A DNA stretch of 63,352 bases, filler included, from Octopus bimaculoides (lineage: Eukaryota), in assembly GCF_001194135.2 (NCBI RefSeq). It is 6 parts of 5 records of this genome, joined end to end, with 100 filler letters (N's around TTAATTAATTAA, not from the genome) between each part and the next. Parts side by side here need not be neighbours in the genome. Positions count along the whole stretch, not along the records: positions 15,481 to 33,366 come from NC_068982.1; positions 33,467 to 48,386 come from NC_068982.1; 4 more parts are not named here. One strand, 5' to 3'. Below the pieces are notes generated by a model. The model saw nothing but the letters and a program-made list of their open reading frames with translations, did no database searches and was not told the DNA's origin. Shown one piece after another: positions 27,951 through 40,710 of the stretch. The position numbers and the translations under genes were made by a program. Position 1 is the first letter of the stretch. The number at the start of each line of letters is the position of its first letter.

Positions 27951-28662
27951 TGACAAAAACAATGTTGAAAACAGTTTATATTTCTGAATTAATATATATA
28001 AGATTTAATATCAATGATTACATATGACAATCCACACAATAACATAAAAGATATTTTAGACCCATAAAAATCAGTAGTGGGAAAATATCGTGCAGATTTA
28101 ATTGGATTTTAATTGCTGAGACCAATGGCGGCAAGTAATATAAACTGCTAACGCAGGTTAGTAACAGAGCCAATTAAACTGAACCGTAATGATAACAGCA
28201 AGCAGCAGTATAACTACAGGAGTCAACTTCAGCATTATCAACAATAACACCAGCGATAACAACAACATTAGCATCATAAAAGCAGGAACTATTAAAAGTT
28301 GTACAAAGACTTCATTAGTGACGAGAATAATAATGGTTACATAGTTGGGGCCAATTTTAAACTAATTAGACAGATTTGTTTAAATTGGGCCCCGCGAACA
28401 CGCTCGAGCGGAGGAGGCTTTGATGAACTTTTAGTATATCTTTGTGGCTAATGGTGGATCTTCAAGTACCCCAATGATTTTTGACTGGGACTGGTGTACT
28501 ACTAACACAAAGCACAAAACATCAATCTTCAGTCTTTGTAGGGGCTCCACTGACAATTCTCTAATTGGGCCCTGCACTTCCTTGCACCGGCTCCGAAAAA
28601 CCTCATCACTGTTACTAAATATTCATAACAGCAACAGCGACGATGAAGACAGAAAGATCGCC

Positions 28663-28777
<115 letters not shown>

Positions 28778-30157
28778 TAAATAAAAATAAACGATAACAA
28801 TGATGAATTAACTATAGAACAACACCGAAATTAATTTATCGGTAATGGCTACTAGAAGAAAATTATTTCAATATCTTCAATATCATTCTCATCATCGTGG
28901 TCGTCGTCATCATCATCAATGCCATCATCATCCTTATCGTCATTGTCGTCAGCGCCGTCACTACCATCATTGTTATCTTAATTCTCACTACCATTGTCGC
29001 TATCGCTGCTGTCATCAACATCATCATCATCATCATTGACAATAATGAGAAACACCTCAACAAGTATTCTATTGCTACAGGCTTAGAGGGAAATGTAAAA
29101 GACTACAACAAACAGTATTCGCCTCTTCCCGCTCCTCCACCTCATCCCAACCTTCTCTCCCTATCGAAATATTTACGACTGATTTGAAACATTATACGAA
29201 GCCTGATCGTTTTAATGTGGAGGACGTTGTTATAACATTGCCGGGCACTCTGGTCGTAAAGCTATTCTCTCAGCGGGTATAGTATCACCTTTTTAACATC
29301 TGGTACTGAGAACATGATAAATGGTGGAAGCCACTGCAATTCAGTCGTCAGACATCTATGACCAAAAGTTGCTTCGAATCTGTCAACGAGCCGATAAGCC
29401 TCTCTGCGTCACGTTGTTGCTCGACCTGCTAGAAAGTTATGCCAAATCACATTTGCTCTCTCTCTCAGAAGGGAATATGCTAGATTAATGTTTATTAACC
29501 TATTTCCATCCTTCCAGGCCCGACTATAACTTTCAAGAAAAATGTATGCCACACCGGTGGTTGAAAAAAACAACAACTTTATTTTTGATATTTTATTACT
29601 ATTATTTAATACAAAAGAATCCACCTGTAACTTTTTTTTTTAATTTGACCCATTACCTCCCATAATTCTATTAACTGGGATTTTTTAAATGAAACTTTGA
29701 TTTCTAGCATAAAACAGCCTTAGAAACACGCTGGAAGGATCAAAATAACATTTCAAAATAACATTTTAAATAGAAATAAGCGAGATATTGGATGAAAAAT
29801 TAGCAAACCTCATTTGAATATCAGAGAAATATACCTAGTAGATATAGCAAAAAGGTTAGATATGTGTAAATATTGACAGATAATTACGAAATTTGTAATT
29901 TTTAAGTGATCTCATATGAGTTCACTGGTAAGTAATGGGTTAAGTACTGAGTACAAAAACGTACATTATTGACCAAGTAATAAAAAGTAGATCACTTTAA
30001 TGTGAACCTTGTGCCTGGCAACTACGACAGATTTTCTTGATTCGAAGAGACAATTTTGTTAGCTTCAGCCGTAAATCACCACGTTTTGTAATTCCAAGTC
30101 TGTTTTGCTTGGTTCGAAGCAAATCATTAACAGTATTAAAGCCACATTCAACCAAAT

Positions 30158-30542
30158 GTTGTTGTTGGCACTTTGTCGCTACGACGTCGAGGGTTCCAGT
30201 TGATCCGATCAACGGAACAGCCTGCTCGTGAAATTAACGTGCAAGTGGCTGAGCACTCCACAGTCACATGTACCCTTAACGTAGTTATCGTGGATATTCA
30301 GCGTGACACAATGTGACAAGGCTGGCCCTTTGAAATACAGGTATAAGAGAAACAGGAAGAAAGAGTGAGAGAAAGTTGTGGTGAAAGAGTACAGCAGGGT
30401 TCACCATCATCCCCTGCCGGAGCCTCGTGGAGCTTCAGGTGTTTTCGCTCAATAAACACTCACAACGCCTGGTCTGGGAATCAAAACCGCGATCCTATGA
30501 CCGCGAGTCCGCTACCCTAACCACTGGGCCATTGCGCCTCCT
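30158..30542 (-). mobile_element. Full-length tRNA-derived SINE family C with (CAA)n tail, inserted in the hAT
   Basis: Head GGAGGCGCAATGGCCCAGTGGTTAGG (A box)...GGTTTTGATTCCC (B box); 12-bp TSD ATTCAACCAAAT at 30146-30157 and 30543-30554; closely similar to 45959-46346. Confidence 0.93.
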
Positions 30543-30699
30543 ATTCAACCAAATAAGACGCAGAGAAATGAATCAAAATTTCCTTTTCTGAAATGGCAGT
30601 GTTAGGGTATTTCCTTTCAACTTTATCTCATAGCCGCATTTGGTACCTTTTATTTTGAACAAAGTATTCATTGATTATTGTTCTCATTTTATGTCCTTT

Positions 30700-30744
30700 G
30701 TCTGGAAATCTTTCGTCACGTTTCCCGTGACCTCTTCAGCAATT
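30700..30744 (-). ncRNA. Degenerate hammerhead ribozyme-like motif (Penelope pseudo-LTR type)
   Basis: Minus strand CTGAAGA-G-GTCACG-GGAAA-CGTGAC-GAAA-GATTT-C-CAG: core boxes and a perfect 6-bp stem II; stem I only about 3 bp. Confidence 0.4.
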
Positions 30745-31094
30745 CTCCATTCCACGTCTTTCCTGTTCTGTTTTACTCTATTCTCTGAAAGGACCATTCA
30801 CTGATTCTTTTGTGTTGAATAATGGATCCCATGCCCCATCAAAATTTTCTCATGCCCCACCGGTGTGGCGTATGTCCCACCGGTGGGATTGACTGTGCTA
30901 GATAATATTCCTGGGTTCTCTGAATATTGTAAAAGGTAATATTGGATGACCATAGCTGCATTATCTTTGAATATTGGTCTGTTCAATTAGAGTTTATCAG
31001 GAATTAGACAGTGACAAGAACATCAACAGCAACAACAACTTTCATTAAACCAACCAACTAGGGCTTTGGTATTTATGTGGTGGCGTGGTATATC

Positions 31095-31863
31095 GACCTA
31101 CCCGAAATAATCGCCATATCTCCCTCAAATCATATCCTACAGCTTTAAAAAAAATACGATAGATTTACTGCACACAAGCAAACAACAATGGAATGGTCAC
31201 GGCTGGAAGGGGGCTAGTCAAAGGCCTATTTAATCAGGGCTGACTTGGAGTTAAACAACATCATGGCTGTATTTAAAACTGTCTAATGAGGGAAGTAACC
31301 TGCATGTTGTCGTAGCATTTGGTTAGAAATAGTAACTAAATTTTTCTTAAATTACAAAACAACCGTCTTACAGAAAATGATATATTTGACAATGCTGTCT
31401 TAGATTCAATATTTGAATAAAATACGGGATGGTCATGATTGGAATGTTTACGACAGGTCCTAAGCGGCAACAACTGTCTGTTTTACTACGTAAAGTTTGA
31501 CTGAGATAATACACAAGTAACGGCACTTAATGGATAATATTCACACTGCATAACAGATTTAAAATCATTGCGAGAATCTGGCGATTTATGAGCAATGAGT
31601 GTCGCATGTTGTAAACTGATAATGAAAGTCGTAGTGTGCATTATAAATAAGATATTTTAAACAGTAATAGTTTCAATTTTAGAATATTATAATAATTAGC
31701 TGAGTGTATAAATCTCAGAAACATCGCAGTAATAGTTAACGGATCGGGTTACTATGAAGCATGATAAAACTACGAGCCAACAAGTGAGCCTAGACTAGAA
31801 TTGCTAGCTAAATCTTATTCAAGACACAACTGTCTTAAAAGTAGGACATACTGGACAATGCAG

Positions 31864-31870
<7 letters not shown>
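31095..31870 (+). mobile_element. Three degraded copies of SINE-like family D
   Basis: Variants of CTGCTAGAAATAGCAGCCAAATCTCCCTCAAATCACA...GGATGGTCACGGCTGGAA at ~31095-31262, ~31310-31475 and ~31785-31870; related pieces near 29420, 34260 and 37010-37110 (-). Confidence 0.6.
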
Positions 31871-31914
<44 letters not shown>

Positions 31915-32070
31915 ACGACTCCAGGTCATCAGCGTCTCTCGGACTCATCACAGATTTTACATAAGACACATGCCTGATCGACGAATTTCGTGTTCTCCCG
32001 TTATATTTCTAGTCCCAAATGGCTTATTTTTTCATATCTAGCCCGAGTTGCCACTGATATATATATAATA

Positions 32071-32451
32071 TTTTGTCTTTTACTTGTTTCAGTCATTAGA
32101 CAGGGGCCCAGCTGGGGCACCACCCTGAAGAATTTTTAATCGAATGAATCAACTCCAATACTTATATTTTTAAGCCATTTATTTACTCTACTGGTGTCTT
32201 TTGCCGAACCACTAGGTTACAGGGGCGTAAATACACCAGCAACGGATCTCAAGCGGTGGTGGGAGACACGCACAGACACACACACACATAAACAACGGTC
32301 TTCTTCCAGTTTCTTTCTATCAAATCCTCTCACAAGGTTCTGGTCGGCCTGAAGCTATAGTGGAAGACACTTGCCCAAGGTGCCACGCAGAAGGCACCAT
32401 GTGAAACTATGTGGTTGGGAAGCAAGCTTCTTACCACACAGCCACGTCTGC
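32071..32451 (-). mobile_element. Near full-length SINE family A (CORE-like)
   Basis: Minus-strand head GTGGCTGTGTGGTAAGAAGCTTGCTTCCCAACC, CORE-like GTGGCACCTTGGGCAAGTGTCTT, and tail ending CTGAAACAAGTAAAAGA. Confidence 0.85.
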
Positions 32452-33366
32452 TCCAATGTATTTGATGATAAAAGCGAATAGCTAGAGTAAATCTATGTGG
32501 GGATATATATATATATGTGTGTGTGTGCGTGTGTGTGTGTGTGTGTGTGCGTGCGTGCGTGCGTGTGTGTGTATATATATATATATTGTTTATATATGAT
32601 TATCTCCTAATAGAGAGAATTATCTGTGGAAAAAACAACATTTTTATGCCTTCATCTGGATGTATATGTAACGTAATGTATTTACGTTATCAAAACAATA
32701 ATATAGACACAATAAACCACACTCGAAACAGACCATAAAGACCTAATAAATATTTATAGGAACTGTCCCTTTGATTCTAACATTCCCAATACACCCAGTT
32801 TAATATTTCGTAATAGAAATCTAACACCACCAACATCAATTCAAACTCAGTCTGACTTATGCTGACCTTGTCTACACACATACTTTTGTGAGCCCTGAAA
32901 CATAGCATAGGCAAATTTCTATACAAAGAATGCTGTTACCTGGATTTAATTTTTTTTCTTAAAGCTGACGGAGCTCAAATGATGAATAAAATTCCTCATC
33001 AAACCGAAATAAATCGCATCACCATAACTTTCTATCAACCCACACCCTACAAACATATTTTCCATTTATCCTCCTCTATTTCCATTTCCTATACAACTGC
33101 ATCTCTAGTTTGTGTATACTACACCAAATGATCATTCACTAAACCTCCCCCTCTCCCACTAACTAGCTAGCGACTATATAATGTCAGAAATACGTGAAAT
33201 AAAAGCAAAGTCTATTGACGGTAATCGATCTTAAACTTCGAAGTTATAACCAACATTTACTTCGTAAAAGTTAATATGCACTCTGGTTAATATGCACTTC
33301 GGTTTAATGTTAAATTATTTTCATAACTTGACAGAGAAAACAAACAGTATATATATATATATATAT

Positions 33367-33466
33367 NNNNNNNNNNNNNNNNNNNNNNNNNNNNNNNNNN
33401 NNNNNNNNNNTTAATTAATTAANNNNNNNNNNNNNNNNNNNNNNNNNNNNNNNNNNNNNNNNNNNN
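33367..33466. other. Artificial scaffold spacer (44 N + TTAATTAATTAA + 44 N)
   Basis: Same layout as 15381-15480. Confidence 0.95.
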
Positions 33467-35214
33467 AGTTCTACGTGGTGTAGTTCAAAGCAAGAGGAAG
33501 ACTTTTCTTTAAATCTATTAGCTTTCAAAACTTGGTCTGAAAACAATAAATTCCTTCTCTGTTTTAAACAAAGTTCACAATATTCATTTGTAGTTCTCAA
33601 TTCACGGCCTGAAAACAACAAACCTTTAGAAACTAAGTTCACAATTTTTGGAGGCGTAATACCTCCAAAACACTCTTCTCACCGCTAAGTGAGACATTAA
33701 GCACAACCACAGGCAGACAAATGCGTGGAATTCAGTGGAGACTCCTTGCTCGACATAAATATAAATAAACACGAGCAACAAACCCCCACTAAATCCCAAA
33801 AAACACAAAAGTCTGTAGTTAAAAGCAAGCAATTACTGCAATTCTTGTAAGATCATTAACCAAAACACAAAGGATGCCTCCCTACATCGCATAGTCGGTT
33901 AGTTCTCTCACCTCACAAACTGCAAATGATCTTTTTGGTCTCTTGCCAAAAGAATCTGTATCAAATCTGAGGAGTCTCCCTTTCCTCCACTTCTTCATCA
34001 CAATTCTGTATGCAGTATTTCCATGGAGAGAGCCTCCATATTTGTTGCCCACTTTGCATACAACACTACCACTAACACATTATGCAAACGTCTTCCCACA
34101 TTATCCCTTTTAACTCCATTAGGCACATCATCACATACATGTCATGTGTGAAAGCACCTCTGGTCACTTCAAACCCACAACACTACCACCAGCTCTAACA
34201 ATGTCCCTACTATTACCCTCAAACAATGTATCCAAGAGCTAGGTCCTAAATTCACTTGACCTGCAGGAAGTAACAGCCAAATCTTCCTTTAAATCAGGTT
34301 CTATAATCTTTAAAAAAAAAAGACATTGTATAATGTAATTCAAGATACACTATCTGAAATATTGACAAGAGATTTGTACCAGACAGTAAAGCAACAACAA
34401 AGGAAATTACCAACTAGCTTATACTTTACACTGTATCGTAAAATTAAAATAAGCCTTTTATTAATTTTTCATTCCTTCGAAAAAGCCAATTTAGCTGAGA
34501 AGTTTCATATGGCATAACAATATTAAAATATTTAATGTAAAGCATTGCCATTGAAATCATTACTGTAATATTTTGACATTTGGTTCAGTTAAATATCTTT
34601 TATTTGACTCACAACATGCCAATATTTATTTCAAATAAGGGTTTCAAGTACTAAATAATAAAGAAGACATAGTTTTATACCTGGGTTTCAGCTATTTATT
34701 TACCATAGAAAAATATCCAATTGACTTTTGACCAATATATTTTTCTAATGTTTTATACTTCTCTTCCCCACCCCAAAACCACTTCCATTTCCCATTAACT
34801 TCTCCCACCAATCACCTCCTTTCTGTGCCTTCTCCCCCTGTGCTGTTTTCCATCATTAAGACCTCACTTATCTTCTATCACCCTCAATGCCCTTATGTAG
34901 CTACTGCAACCCCCATCTCCATGCCTTTCCTAAGCTTCTCTCCTTTATTTGCTGCAATCACCTCCATCCTGCCCACTATTCACCCAGCCCAAACCTCTGT
35001 ATCACTTCATCTATTTTCTCCACCTGCAAAGCTCCACAAGAGTATGTCCCAATTCATCTTTGCCATCATCTCTCTCACTATCGTTCTCTTTATCTCACTC
35101 TCCTTTCCTTTCTAACTGGAGTATCCATGACTATACAACAAGACACCTATCTCTGTCCCTCTGTACTTTTGATTTCTCAACTAGCACAAAGTCAACCGCC
35201 TCAATACTACTCCC

Positions 35215-35885
35215 CACTGCCAATTGAAGCGGTTTTGTTTTTTTCCTGTGTCTCTCCTTTTTCTTGTCTTGCAAAGTACTTGGTGACCCTCTTGATGGTG
35301 CCACGTAAAAAGCACCCAGCTGTAAAAACCATGTCAAAACAGACAATGGAACCTGGTACAGCTCCTAACCTTGCCAGCTCCTGTTAAACCACACCAGCAT
35401 GGAAAACAAATGTTCAATGATGACAGTGATGATCTCATTTTCCACATTAGAGTGGGTAACTTTAGAGCTGGATATTCTCTCTGAACTAAGAATTAGAAAA
35501 GGTACATATTTTTCAAGCAGAAACATTAAGATCTTTCACACCACATTTTCTGTAGTCATACAAGGTACATTAGGCAAGTGCCTTCTACACCTGTCAGGTG
35601 ACCAAAGCCTTGCGAGTACATTTGGTAGACCGAAACTGAAAGAAACACATATGTGTGTGTGTGTGCATGCATGTGAGTCTTGCTTTGACATCATGTGATA
35701 GTTATGAATGTCACTGTCATCCAATATCCTGTGAAAATATGTCTGGTTATGGGGAAATATTACCTTGCTGGGAAACAAGTAAGGGTTGACAACAGGAATG
35801 GCACATGCTGTAAAAAATCCACCTCAACAAATTCCATCTGATCCATGCAAGCATGGAAAAGTAGATGTTAAAATGATGATGATTA
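35215..35885 (+). mobile_element. Family E (RTE-tail) SINE/3'-end fragments, including a family A piece joined to an E tail
   Basis: GTGCCACGTAAAAAGCACCC...CCAGCATGGAAAA...ATGATGA at 35215-35420; family A centre at 35560-35640 followed by an E-type tail (CCATGCAAGCATGGAAAAGTAGATGTTAAAATGATGATGA). Confidence 0.65.
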
Positions 35886-37295
35886 TACAAGTTAGCTTAA
35901 CTATCATTAACTTCATATCAACTACGCATTGCTCTCACAAGCAATCAGCCCTGAACTCTTTTGTGATTATCTCTCAAGACTAAAAAACAGAAAAGAATTA
36001 GAGTACATCTTACCAGAAGCTTCACATTCCCCACTAAGTTAACTGCTAAACCTCTCATACTGTAATTTATATTTAGTATTTTTATTTCTCCCATACTATT
36101 AATCACTGTTTTTCTAAACCCTTCTAAAGAAAGGCAGTATTATCTATTCTTTGTCATAGACTTTTCCTGCAGATGCTTCACCAGAAATATAGAATATATG
36201 GTACAATGGCCAAATAGAAAACTTAAACTGCATGTCATTCAGACTCACTCGATATAGTATTAACTTTATATTAATTCTTTCATCACCTTTGAAAATATAC
36301 TGTATTAATTTGAAGCTCTTATAGATACTTCATTCTTGTGTGTTATTTCTTTTATTTACCAACAGATAACAATTATTTCAGCAAAGCAGTCATTGGGGAA
36401 AAGTACTATTCTGCATAATTCTCAGTTAACAATCTTGAAACTAACGTTTTTATTCAGACTGACACTTCTAGCAGCTCAGCAATTATTCCTGATGCAAATT
36501 TTCCAGTCTTTATTTGCTTCTTCCTACACTAGAGACAAATGTGAATGAATAATTTGTTTTTACAAAATGCCTTGCAACTTTGAACACCTCACAATGTTAC
36601 ACATTTCCAAAGTTTCCTGCTGTTTGTTAGATATAATTTCCATCTAATTTTTATATACCAATCCCAGAGAATCCTATCTTCAATTTCTGCCAAACTTGAT
36701 AATTATAACTTCAATCTACTAATGCATTCCCTCCACTTTAGTCACAAAGTGAATTTGTCATCTTACAGAGTTATCTCTCTATAAACATCCAACTGTCCTG
36801 AATGTTACTGAAGTTCCAATGTTTACTTAAAGAAGCACCATCAAGTACTATTTGGAAATTTTCCCTTATGGGCTAACCTAGAGCTAAACAAAACAAAAAA
36901 GAGAAATAAGTGTAGAAGTAAGACTAACTTCAACTGCTTCATTTATCTCATTGTTTTTCGTTTAATACTTGGTCAGCTCTGATTTAGACTCATCAAAGTT
37001 GCTCTATGACACCACTTCCACCTTTTCAGATATAGCATAACCACAAATACATTATCCTTTCCTGAGATGGTGTGATATGAAGATTTGGCTGTCATTTCCA
37101 GCAGAAAAATTAAGGATGAAATAAATCAGATATGACATAAGATTGATGGGATAATATGTGATCAAATTCAGTTAGCAAATACATTCGTGCACGTGCATGT
37201 TTTTCATTCTTTTACTAGTTTCAACTTTTGTAACTGGGGCAATGCTTTCAAGAGTATATTATTAATTATACTGTCTCCATCTATACATATATATA

Positions 37296-37475
37296 TCATC
37301 ATCATTTAAACAGCAATGTTCCAATGCTGGCATTGGTTGGACAGTTTGACAGGATCTCATGGGTTCAAAGACTGCATCATGCTCCAATGTCTGCTTTGGT
37401 ATTTCTATAGCTGGATGCTCTTTCTAATACCAACCACTTTACAGCATGTACTAGGTGCATTTTTTTTTGTGCCAC
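37296..37475 (-). mobile_element. Family E (RTE-tail) fragment
   Basis: CATCATCATTTAAAC...TTCCAATGCTGGCATTGGTTGGACAG...CTGGATGCTCTTTCTAATACCAACCAC; reverse complement of the E tail. Confidence 0.75.
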
Positions 37476-38329
37476 CAGAAACAGTGAGATTGCAAGACTA
37501 CAATTCCCAAAGGGTAGACAGCTGCATGCTAAATGAGGAGTTTGAGTATGAAAGAAGCCAGAGCAGGCTTCTTGCTACAAGGGAACTTAGGACCACTCAC
37601 ATTTTAGAAGAGTGGTGTTGAGGTATCTGGGTAGACTTTCAAGGTATGTAAGAGTGAGGACAGAGAAACCTGGAATGTAGGTGAATAGAGGTTGCAGGTT
37701 GCAAGAGTGTATGAGAGAGTGAAATGGAGAATAGGGAAAGAAAGGTAGGAAACAATTGTAGAGACTGGGTAGGGTTAAAGTAATGAATGGTGGACAAGGG
37801 GTGGGGGAGGACTAATAATGCATGTAGTGAGTAGTAGAGGATGACTAAAAGAGCAGCAGAATAGCCATGATGATTCAGTAGACAAGGAAGAGATAACATG
37901 TGGTTGGATAGGTTGCAGGAGGGAAGGGGTGAGATAGGCATAGTGCATGTGAGTGACATACATATGGTGGTAAAAGGGAAGAGATAATTTGGTAGCACAG
38001 TGGGGTGGGGGTGATCAATGTAAATTGTGGGTGGAGAGAACAGTGTTAATGGATGAAGGATGGAGAACAAGTGAAATGGTACCAGGTAATAAGAAAAATA
38101 TGTAGTAATCAAGGAAGAACTTCAGTTAGAGAGCTGATGGGTAGTGGGAATGTCTTTAGGAGATTGGGCAGAGGGCTCAGTTTGCTCTCTCATCCAGTCC
38201 TTGAAGGTATGTCCTGACACATCTACCACCATCTTTCCATGTCAATCTTTCTCTTTAAGTCTCCTTCTCCCTTCTCTAACTGGAATATCCTTGTATCATT
38301 TCTACCGCAAAGTCCCTCTATTATTCTAA

Positions 38330-38610
38330 TAAACTCTCATCAACTGGCTCAAACCCACGTTCCTCAATACTACTCCCCCATCCCCAGTCAAGGAGACTTT
38401 GTCTTGCCTTGCAAGTAACTTGGCAACCCCACTGATGATGGTACCACAGAAAAAGCACCCAGCCCACTCTGTAAAGTGGTTGGTATTAGGAAGAGCATCC
38501 ATACATAGAAACCATGCCAAAACCAACAAGAGCTAGGAACAGCCCCCCAGCTTGCCAGCTCTTGTCAAACTGTCCAACCCATGCCAGCATGGAGAACACA
38601 ATACATGATG
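38330..38610 (+). mobile_element. Family E (RTE-tail) SINE-like copy
   Basis: AAAAAGCACCC...GTGGTTGGTATTAGGAAGAGCATCC...TCCAACCCATGCCAGCATGGAG...ATGATGAT. Confidence 0.8.
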
Positions 38611-38689
38611 ATCACACACAGTACTTCCAGGACTCAAGTTCACTGAGATAGGAAGGGTTCTTTGCAAGAACAACAAATTGGCAGTCATC

Positions 38690-40320
38690 TCAGCCCTTTG
38701 TCATCTCTGTGAGGCTCAAGGTCCCAAGATCAGCCTTTAGCACTTTGTCCCATATCTTCCTGGATCTCCCTCTTCAAATTTTATCAACATTAATATCAGC
38801 ACTTCTTTATACAGCTGCTTTCATTCATATGTATCATATCATACCAGCACAGTCTTCTTTCTTGTACACTACATCTGATTTCTCTCATGCCAAGTTTTCC
38901 TCTCAGCCTTTAAACTTCTCAATTCTTGATTTAGTTTCCATGTCTGGAATTTCATTTCTAATTCTCCAATAGATTCAGCTATAGGGACTAAATCATCAAC
39001 AATAGGAGTCCCCATAGACAACAAGTGGTTGGAGCAAAGTGCCAGCCAAGCTGAAAGTAACAGTGTTATTGAATGTTATGGATAATAGGGAGATATAGGC
39101 TAAGAGACAGGCTTGTAAAATCTGGATGGAAGGAGGTAACCAAGAGTATTACCAAATGGTTAAAAGGGCAGCTAAGCAAAGGAGATACTTGACTATGGGT
39201 GAGGCATCCACACCTGCTACTGACTTGGTCTCATAGGTAACGGAAGCTGTCAACTACTTCTAGTTTTTCTCCCTGGAATGTAACAGAAGCTGTTCTCTGC
39301 ACATTTTCTGTGTTTATTGCTCCTGAGCGTCTGCTACATACAAAAACTATCTTGCTAGTTAGCCTCCCTTTGATATTGCTGCACCTCTTATGTGTCCATA
39401 GCTTACACTTGGTACATTTTATGGAGTATCTACCTACGCCTTTTCTACAGATCGAGCAGGGCCATCTACCTGAAGGGATTTGGAATTTGTCTGCCTTTCT
39501 ACTTATTAAGACTTTGGTTTTAGCTAGGTTGACTCTAAGGCCCTTTGATTCTAATCCTTGCTTCCACACCTAAAACTTTTCCTCTAGTTCTGATACTGAC
39601 TCAGCAATTAGAGCAAGGTCATCAGCATAGAGGAGCTCCCAGGGGCATTTTGTCTTGAATTCTTCTGTTATTGCCTGGAGGACTATGATAAATAGGAGGG
39701 GGCTGAGGACTGATCCTTGGTGGACCCCTGTCTCTACTCGGAATTCTTCACTGTACTCATTGCCAACCCTCACCTTACTGACAGCATCTCTGTACATGGC
39801 TTGCACAGCTCTCACTAACCATTCATCTATCCCTAGTTTCCTCATTGACCACCAGATAAAGGATCAGGAGACCCTGTCAAAGGTTTTCTCCATGTCAACG
39901 AAAGTCAAGTACAGAGGTTTATCTTTGGCTAGGTATTTCTCTTGTAGCTGTCTTACCAGAAATATAACATCAGTGGTACCTTTCCCTGGCACGAACCCAA
40001 ACTGCATCTCATCTAGACTGACTCTCTCCCTAATTAGTTGGGCTATGACCCTCTCCGTGATCATTACCTGATCCAACAACTGGATACCTTTGTAATTATT
40101 TGTATTCAAAGTGTCACCTTTACCTTTGTAGCAGTTGACTATGGTGCTGGTACACCAGTCATTGGGTATAACTCCTTCATATATCACTTGGTTAACTATA
40201 CAGGTGACTAGGCTATAGCCAACACCGCCAGATATTTTGAGCATCACTGCAGTGATTCCTGATGGGCCGGGGGGCTTTCCCTGTCTTCATACCATTAATT
40301 GTTTTATCTTCCAAGGTACT
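38690..40320 (-). mobile_element. RTE-clade LINE, RT domain to C-terminus, 5'-truncated and pseudogenised
   Basis: ORFs 39864-40247 (QFGFVPGKGTTD...FVDMEKTFDRV), 39570-39845 (GVHQGSVLSPLLF, LYADDLAL) and 39231-39569 (LRVNLAKTKVL...DSFRYL); C-terminal remnants at 38690-38960; a short plus-strand fragment of the same family at ~39035-39195. Confidence 0.92.
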
Positions 40321-40429
40321 GTCAATTCGGATAGCTGGTCCCTCTGTTGGGTCGACATTCGGCAGACTTTATAATCAATTTATTGCTCATAAACTTTAAC
40401 AATAGAATTTTAAATGGACCCTGGTTGAG

Positions 40430-40710
40430 AACCACTGAGCAAGATAAAATGCAGTTTGACTTCATACTCAGAAGTGTAACAATGGACCATCAACCTTCCT
40501 AGTGAGGCAACTGCAGGAGAAATACTTGGCTAAAAGTAAACAATCATTCTTGGTACTCATTGTCTGAGATGGTACCACTAGTGGTCACTAAAGACACTAG
40601 GTGTAGACGAGTGCCTTGTGAGGGCTGTGCAAGCTGTGTACAATGATGTAGTGAGTGAGTGTCAACAACAATTTCAGTGATGAATTTACCATGACAGTAA
40701 GAGTCCATCA
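40430..40710 (+). mobile_element. Second, older RTE RT fragment in opposite orientation
   Basis: ATGCAGTTTG...CTAGTGAGGCAACTGCAGGAGAAATACTTGGCTAAA...TAGGTGTAGACGAGTG...GTCCATCAGGGTTCA is the same RT segment as 39700-40030(-). Confidence 0.75.

Larger units (their letters stand above)
29486..30895 (-). mobile_element. Internally deleted hAT (Charlie/Buster-type) DNA transposon with 8-bp TSD
   Basis: TSD TGCTAGAT at 29478-29485 and 30896-30903; CAG terminus at 30893-30895; subterminal CCACCGGTG repeats near both ends; transposase C-terminus SYLVECGFNTVNDLLRTKQNRLGITKRGDLRLKLTKL...QAQGSH* split by a SINE. Confidence 0.88.

Noticed and set aside
31908-31955. Hammerhead-like TGATGAGTC...GAC and CTGATGA on the minus strand
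   Set aside because: There is no GAAA after stem II and no stem I or III.
37639-38112. 157-aa L/S/P/H-rich minus-strand ORF (and 34825-35387 on +)
   Set aside because: It reflects a strand-biased purine/pyrimidine tract, probably old TE debris, with no domain signature.
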